Part shown: piece by piece, positions 59,164 to 64,000 of the stretch
Numbering within the stretch: position 1 is the first letter of the stretch
Layout: each line of letters starts with the position of its first letter
From: Candidatus Magasanikiibacteriota bacterium
Lineage (GTDB): Bacteria > Patescibacteriota > Patescibacteriia > Magasanikbacterales > UBA922
Direction: 5' to 3'
Length of the DNA: 64,000 nucleotides
Assembly (NCBI GenBank): GCA_052034405.1
Contig: JBPOIO010000004.1
Coordinates: 751-64,750 of the forward strand
The notes under the pieces: generated by a model
Database searches by the model: none
Seen by the model: the letters and a program-made list of their open reading frames with translations, nothing else
What the model was told of the DNA's origin: nothing
Made by a program: the position numbers and the translations under genes

Positions 59164-61989
59164 ATGAAGTCAATCAAAATTACGAATGCACGGGTACATA
59201 ATCTCAAAAACATTTCACTTGAAATTCCAAAAAACACACTCAGCGTGATTACCGGTTTATCGGGATCAGGAAAATCTTCACTTGCCTTTGATACCATTTA
59301 TGCCGAAGGCCAACGCCGTTATGCAGAAAGTCTTAGTGCCTATGCACGCCAATTTATGGATGTGCAAGACAAACCTGATGTTGATGAAATAAAAGGTCTT
59401 TCCCCAACTATTGCCATTGATCAAAAAAATATTTCCCAAAATCCTCGTTCTACGGTAGGAACCACAACAGAAATTTATGATTATCTGCGTCTTTTGTTTT
59501 CTCGCATAGGTATACAGTATGATCCAGATAGCAATACTCCTATACTCAAATATACCAAGGGTGAAATTATCGAAATTTTGCGCAAAGTAACACGAAATAA
59601 AACGCTATCGCTCCTCTGTCCACTCGGAGAACAAACAGGTGCCAATGCAAAAAACATGATCCTCGGGCTTGATGCAACACACTGTGAATTTATCCGTATC
59701 AACGGAAACAAAATAAAACTTGCAGAAGCAAAAAAATTTGTCTTCAATGCCGTGAGTAGCTATGAAATTGATGTTCTTTTGGGCAGACTTGAAGGAGATA
59801 ACAAGAAAAAAATTCCAATGCTCGTAGAAAAAGGACTGGACCTCAGTAATGGTACAGTACTCACTATCGATGAAGACAGTGGTGAGGAAGAATTTTATCG
59901 CACCTTCCCCTACTCTTCTGAAAGTAAAAAACATTTCGATCCAGTTGAACCCAGAACCTTTAGTTTCAATAGTCCATATGGTGCATGTCATCGTTGTACT
60001 GGACTTGGATTCACCCTTGATGTTGATCCAGAACTTGTGATTCCAAATCCACGCCTTACACTTGCAGAAGGTGCTATTCAACCATGGACTCGTATTGTTG
60101 GCAACCAATCATTTTACCAAAAACTTCTTGGTGAAGTTGCTACTGCACATGGATTTTCCGAACACACTCCAGTCCAAGAGCTTCCCGACAGTGCACTTCA
60201 AATTTTGCTCTATGGTACAGGACGAAAAAGCTATGCTATTGATAATAAAACAGTAACATTTGACGGAGTTATTCCAAATTTGCTAGGTCGATACATGGAA
60301 ACAGACTCAGAATATATCAAAAAAGAAATCCAAGAGTACATGCGAGAAAAACTCTGTCCAGTATGTCTTGGAAAACGTTTGAAACCCGAATCACTCGCTG
60401 TAAAAATTGGAAACTACTCTATTGGAGATTTGGTAGAAAAAAGTATTGAAGACGCACTCATATTTTTTGAAGGAGAACGAAAATCTGGGAGTCCACTTCT
60501 TGAAGTTATCAAAAAAGAACAACTTGTTATTGCAGAACCGATCATCCGTGAAATTGTAGGACGCCTCAAAAATTTGATTGAAGTAGGACTTCCCTACCTC
60601 ACACTCGACCGATCTGTCACTACAATTTCTGGAGGAGAAGCACAACGTATCCGTCTTTCAACACAACTCTCTACTGGCCTTACGGATGTCATTTATGTGC
60701 TTGACGAACCTTCTATTGGACTGCATCCAAAAGATAATACAAAACTCATCCATACCTTGAAAACCTTGCGTGATCTTGGCAACACAGTGATTGTAGTAGA
60801 GCACGACGAAGCAATGATTGAAGCAGCGGACTTTGTTGTCGATATTGGGCCAGGCGCTGGAACCTATGGAGGTGAAATTATGGCTATGGGAACACCAGAT
60901 GCTATCAAAAAAAGCAAACATTCTTTGACTGGGGCGTATATTTCTGGAAAAGAACGTATCGAAGTACCAAAAAAATTCCGAACAGGTACTGGCAAAAAAA
61001 TTCAAATTATTGGAGCAAATGCCAATAACCTCAAAAATGTTTCTATTTCTATTCCACTTGGAACTTTTGTTTCTATTACGGGTGTATCTGGTTCTGGAAA
61101 ATCCAGTCTTATTATTGATATCTTGAGTAAATCACTCAGCAAACATTTTTATCGCGCCAAAGAAGAACCAGGAGACCACAAAGAAATCAAAGGTATTGAA
61201 CATATTGATAAAGTTATTAGTATTGATCAAACTCCAATCGGACGTACTCCTCGTAGTAACCCTGCAACTTATACCAATGTATTCACTGCTATTCGTGATT
61301 TGTTTACCGCACAACCCGAAGCAAAAATGCGTGGATTCAATGCTGGTATGTTTAGTTTCAACGTCAAAGGCGGCGGACGATGTGAATCATGCAGTGGTGA
61401 AGGATACCGACGTATTCCAATGCAATTTTTGGCAGATGTATTTGTAGAATGCAATGACTGTCATGGCGCACGCTACAACAAAGAAGCCCTTGAAATTCAC
61501 TATCGTGGAAAAAATATTGCCGATGTTTTGTCTCTCACGGTTGAAGATGCCTATGTATTTTTTCGTGACGTTTCTGCAATCAGTGAAAAACTCAATGTTT
61601 TGCGCGATGTGGGTCTTGGATATTTACACCTTGGACAACCAGCAACACAACTCTCTGGAGGTGAAGCACAGCGCATCAAACTTGCAACCGAACTCTCTCG
61701 AAGATCCACAGGAAAAACCCTCTATATTCTGGATGAACCTACGACAGGACTTCATTTTGAAGATATCAAACGCTTGCTGCATGTTTTGTCACAGCTCGTA
61801 GACAAAGGCAATACAGTTATTACCATTGAACACAACCTTGATGTTATCAAATGTTCAGACTGGGTGATTGATCTTGGACCAGAAGGTGGAAGCAAAGGTG
61901 GAGAACTTGTAGCCGAAGGAAATCCTCGTGAAATTATAAAATCAACAAGAAGCTTTACCGGAAAATACCTCAAAGAACTTCTCAAATAA
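59164..61989 (+). CDS. uvrA: excinuclease ABC subunit A
   Basis: Two ABC ATPase modules ([12 protein letters not shown]; [10 protein letters not shown]), zinc fingers (CHRCTGLG; CESCSGEG...CNDCHG) and LSGGEAQR signatures. Confidence 0.92.
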   Translation: MKSIKITNARVHNLKNISLEIPKNTLSVITGLSGSGKSSLAFDTIYAEGQRRYAESLSAYARQFMDVQDKPDVDEIKGLSPTIAIDQKNISQNPRSTVGTTTEIYDYLRLLFSRIGIQYDPDSNTPILKYTKGEIIEILRKVTRNKTLSLLCPLGEQTGANAKNMILGLDATHCEFIRINGNKIKLAEAKKFVFNAVSSYEIDVLLGRLEGDNKKKIPMLVEKGLDLSNGTVLTIDEDSGEEEFYRTFPYSSESKKHFDPVEPRTFSFNSPYGACHRCTGLGFTLDVDPELVIPNPRLTLAEGAIQPWTRIVGNQSFYQKLLGEVATAHGFSEHTPVQELPDSALQILLYGTGRKSYAIDNKTVTFDGVIPNLLGRYMETDSEYIKKEIQEYMREKLCPVCLGKRLKPESLAVKIGNYSIGDLVEKSIEDALIFFEGERKSGSPLLEVIKKEQLVIAEPIIREIVGRLKNLIEVGLPYLTLDRSVTTISGGEAQRIRLSTQLSTGLTDVIYVLDEPSIGLHPKDNTKLIHTLKTLRDLGNTVIVVEHDEAMIEAADFVVDIGPGAGTYGGEIMAMGTPDAIKKSKHSLTGAYISGKERIEVPKKFRTGTGKKIQIIGANANNLKNVSISIPLGTFVSITGVSGSGKSSLIIDILSKSLSKHFYRAKEEPGDHKEIKGIEHIDKVISIDQTPIGRTPRSNPATYTNVFTAIRDLFTAQPEAKMRGFNAGMFSFNVKGGGRCESCSGEGYRRIPMQFLADVFVECNDCHGARYNKEALEIHYRGKNIADVLSLTVEDAYVFFRDVSAISEKLNVLRDVGLGYLHLGQPATQLSGGEAQRIKLATELSRRSTGKTLYILDEPTTGLHFEDIKRLLHVLSQLVDKGNTVITIEHNLDVIKCSDWVIDLGPEGGSKGGELVAEGNPREIIKSTRSFTGKYLKELLK

Positions 61990-62007
61990 AAAGATTTTTA
62001 AAGAATA

Positions 62008-62038
62008 AAAAAACCGATCGCTTTATGCGGTCGGTTTT
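62008..62038. terminator. bidirectional hairpin terminator between uvrA and rplS
   Basis: aaaaaaccgatcgc-ttta-tgcggtcggtttt (8-bp stem with one G·U), flanked by A and T runs. Confidence 0.5.
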
Positions 62039-62051
62039 AACTATACAATAT

Positions 62052-62402
62052 TTAGGCAGCAACTTTTGCTTTTCGTTCTTTCTTTACTTCTTTCAATTTC
62101 TTTTTACTGGTACGAAGATTATAAGCTTTTGCTTTGTTTACTTTCAAAGTACGTACCAATTCAACATCTGCAACAACAGGAGAATGCATTGGGTAGATTC
62201 TTTCTACTCCAACTCCGTCACTAACTTTACGAACTGTAAATGTAGCACCTGCTTGACTGCCATGCTTTACCGCAATAACAGTTCCTTCAAGGAGCTGAAT
62301 ACGCTCTTTTTCTTGGCCTTTGGTATCAGTTTCTTTGATTTTCTGGTGAACTTTTACGATCATTCCAGGCTTCAAGTTGAAACGAATATGGTTGGTATCC
62401 AT
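62052..62402 (-). CDS. rplS: 50S ribosomal protein L19
   Basis: ATG at 62402 (MDTNHIRFNLKPG...). The C-terminus is lysine-rich. Confidence 0.85.
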   Translation of the reverse strand: MDTNHIRFNLKPGMIVKVHQKIKETDTKGQEKERIQLLEGTVIAVKHGSQAGATFTVRKVSDGVGVERIYPMHSPVVADVELVRTLKVNKAKAYNLRTSKKKLKEVKKERKAKVAA

Positions 62403-62471
62403 ACAAAATAGATAAAAGTGAGAGGTTGGAATAAGGACTACCAACGTCAAAGTCATTAAAAGACTGGGCCT

Positions 62472-62500
62472 ACTATACTATAAATTATCACTCCTGTCAA
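62472..62500 (-). promoter_or_regulatory. sigma70-like promoter for rplS (TTGACA-17nt-TATAGT on the minus strand)
   Basis: The reverse complement of 62495–62500 is TTGACA. The reverse complement of 62472–62477 is TATAGT. The spacer is 17 nt. Confidence 0.35.
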
Positions 62501-62503
62501 GCC

Positions 62504-64000
62504 TTATAATTCGTCAATACTTTTGAGAAAACTGGTCATTTTTGGCCTTGTTTTACTTGAAAAAGGCTCGTCTTCATCCGCCACATAGGTAATCCCCTCA
62601 TCTTCATCATTGAGATCTTGAAAATAGCTATTGCCAGCAGCCCCACTCATTTCGACCAAATTTTTGTCTATTTCTTCAAGAAACATACTCGGACCCCCCA
62701 AGGCTCCAAAGTTCATATTGGATACAAGTGGATAAGACATATGCAAATGGGTTTTTGCCCGAGTAATTGCCACATAAAAAAGCCGACGTTCTTCTTCGAG
62801 CCCCTTTTCCTCATTGAGGGCCCGATCACTTGGAAACTGCCCAGCACTCACATTGAGAATAAAGACTGTTTCCCACTCAAGACCTTTGGCCTGATGGATC
62901 GTTGAAAGTACAATTTTTTCTTCGTTTGAATTCTGGCTTTCAGATTCTTGGGGCCGCGCAAAATTTTCTTGAAGACCCGCTTCGGCAAGAAATTTGCCAA
63001 GATCACTTTCTTTTTCGGCAAAAATTGCTAGTTGTTCAATATCATTTGTTCGTTCACGATAATCAGTATATTCACTTTCCAAATAACTTTTATAATTTGA
63101 ATCCATTACTGCACGAATAAGTCCGCTTGGACTTCCATCACTTCCTTCAAGGTTTCTCCAAATATTCAAAAAATCTTTAAAACCAACTTTTGCCCGCGCA
63201 GCAAGAATTTCACTTATGCCCGATAAATCTTTTGACCCAGCACTGCGTATTTCTGCTATAATTTTTTCTGCTGCTCCAGGACCAACACCATTTTGCATTG
63301 TGAGAATACGACCCCAGGCAACAGTATCTTCAAGATTATTGTAAGCACGCAAAAATCCCAAAACATCTTTGATGTGGGCTCTTTCAAAAAATCGAGTACC
63401 TCCACGATAGTCATAGGCAATATGACGTTTGGTCAGTTCGACTTCAAGTGCTTGTGAATGATGCGAGGCACGAAACAGCACCGCAATTTCTCGAGGAGAA
63501 ATGCCCTTGTGTATATAACCCAAAATATTTTGGGCAACGCTTTCGGCTTCTTCACGTTGGTCTGCATAAACCTGAACTTCTGGACGTGCCTCGGAATTTC
63601 GGATACTCTGCAGTTCTTTTTTATACTGATTGATATTATTTCCAATCACCTCGTTAGCCAGATCCAAAATTTCTGGTGTTGAACGATAATTTGTTTCAAG
63701 ACGAAATACTTGTGAGTCAATAAATCTTTTTTCAAAGTCCAAAATATTTGCGATATTGGCAGCACGAAAACTATAAATACTTTGTGCATCATCCCCCACT
63801 ACCAATAAATTTTTGTGAATACTCGCAAAAAGATCAATAATACTCGCTTGAATTTTATTGGTATCCTGGTATTCATCCACCAGTACATATTGAAACTGCG
63901 TTGCAAATTTTTTTCGTACAGCTTCACTGTTTTGCAAAAGATTTCGAAGATTCAAAAGCAAATCATCAAAATCCATGGCATTGGCATTTTTCTTTTTTTT
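62504..64000 (-). CDS. UvrD/PcrA-family DNA helicase, C-terminal two-thirds (N-terminus beyond the window end)
   Basis: Helicase motifs QYVLVDEYQDTN, a UvrD 2B/2A region and VAITRAK are present. The frame is open to nt 64000. Confidence 0.85.
   Translation of the reverse strand, partial: KKKKNANAMDFDDLLLNLRNLLQNSEAVRKKFATQFQYVLVDEYQDTNKIQASIIDLFASIHKNLLVVGDDAQSIYSFRAANIANILDFEKRFIDSQVFRLETNYRSTPEILDLANEVIGNNINQYKKELQSIRNSEARPEVQVYADQREEAESVAQNILGYIHKGISPREIAVLFRASHHSQALEVELTKRHIAYDYRGGTRFFERAHIKDVLGFLRAYNNLEDTVAWGRILTMQNGVGPGAAEKIIAEIRSAGSKDLSGISEILAARAKVGFKDFLNIWRNLEGSDGSPSGLIRAVMDSNYKSYLESEYTDYRERTNDIEQLAIFAEKESDLGKFLAEAGLQENFARPQESESQNSNEEKIVLSTIHQAKGLEWETVFILNVSAGQFPSDRALNEEKGLEEERRLFYVAITRAKTHLHMSYPLVSNMNFGALGGPSMFLEEIDKNLVEMSGAAGNSYFQDLNDEDEGITYVADEDEPFSSKTRPKMTSFLKSIDEL

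Overview
This 64-kb window is an AT-rich bacterial chromosome segment (about 35–40% GC by eye). Host genes are compact, often overlapping, and mostly housekeeping: a ClpC-like ATPase, radA, guaB, recG, an LCP-family protein, der, pth, dprA, folC-like ligase, topA, an M23 peptidase, gltX, a TrmH-family methyltransferase, tagA-like transferase, clpB, recO, eno, ndh, trpS, pnp, rpsO, uvrA, rplS and pcrA/uvrD. There are also several DsbA-like thioredoxin proteins and two pilin-like paralogs. The gene content and small secreted or anchored proteins suggest a reduced-genome, possibly CPR/Patescibacteria-like organism; this is inference only. The most striking feature is a roughly 14.4-kb visibly GC-rich island (about 13185–27530) integrated at the 3' end of a tRNA-Arg gene. 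It carries a large serine recombinase whose stop codon overlaps the tRNA, a mobilization/partition module (ParB-like, T4CP-like ATPase, replication-relaxation protein), and an XRE-like regulator. It also carries a tightly coupled five-gene plus-strand operon of nucleotide-metabolism-like proteins. These are a kinase-like protein, a diverged NDK-like protein, a DUF559/Vsr-like nuclease-fold protein, a cytidylate-kinase–GNAT fusion, and a Ham1/ITPase-like protein. This is a candidate undescribed nucleotide-modification, signalling or defence system. The island's right end is a nested or tandem 2.2-kb sub-element bounded by 37-bp direct repeats, carrying a PD-(D/E)xK protein and a second serine recombinase. 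A 16-bp palindrome recurs upstream of the operon and the PD-(D/E)xK gene. Three short GC-richer single-gene cassettes, each with a promoter, RBS, small ORF and terminator, sit in host intergenic regions (8880–9430, 39360–39860, 52778–53285). No CRISPR array, rRNA or transposase was seen.
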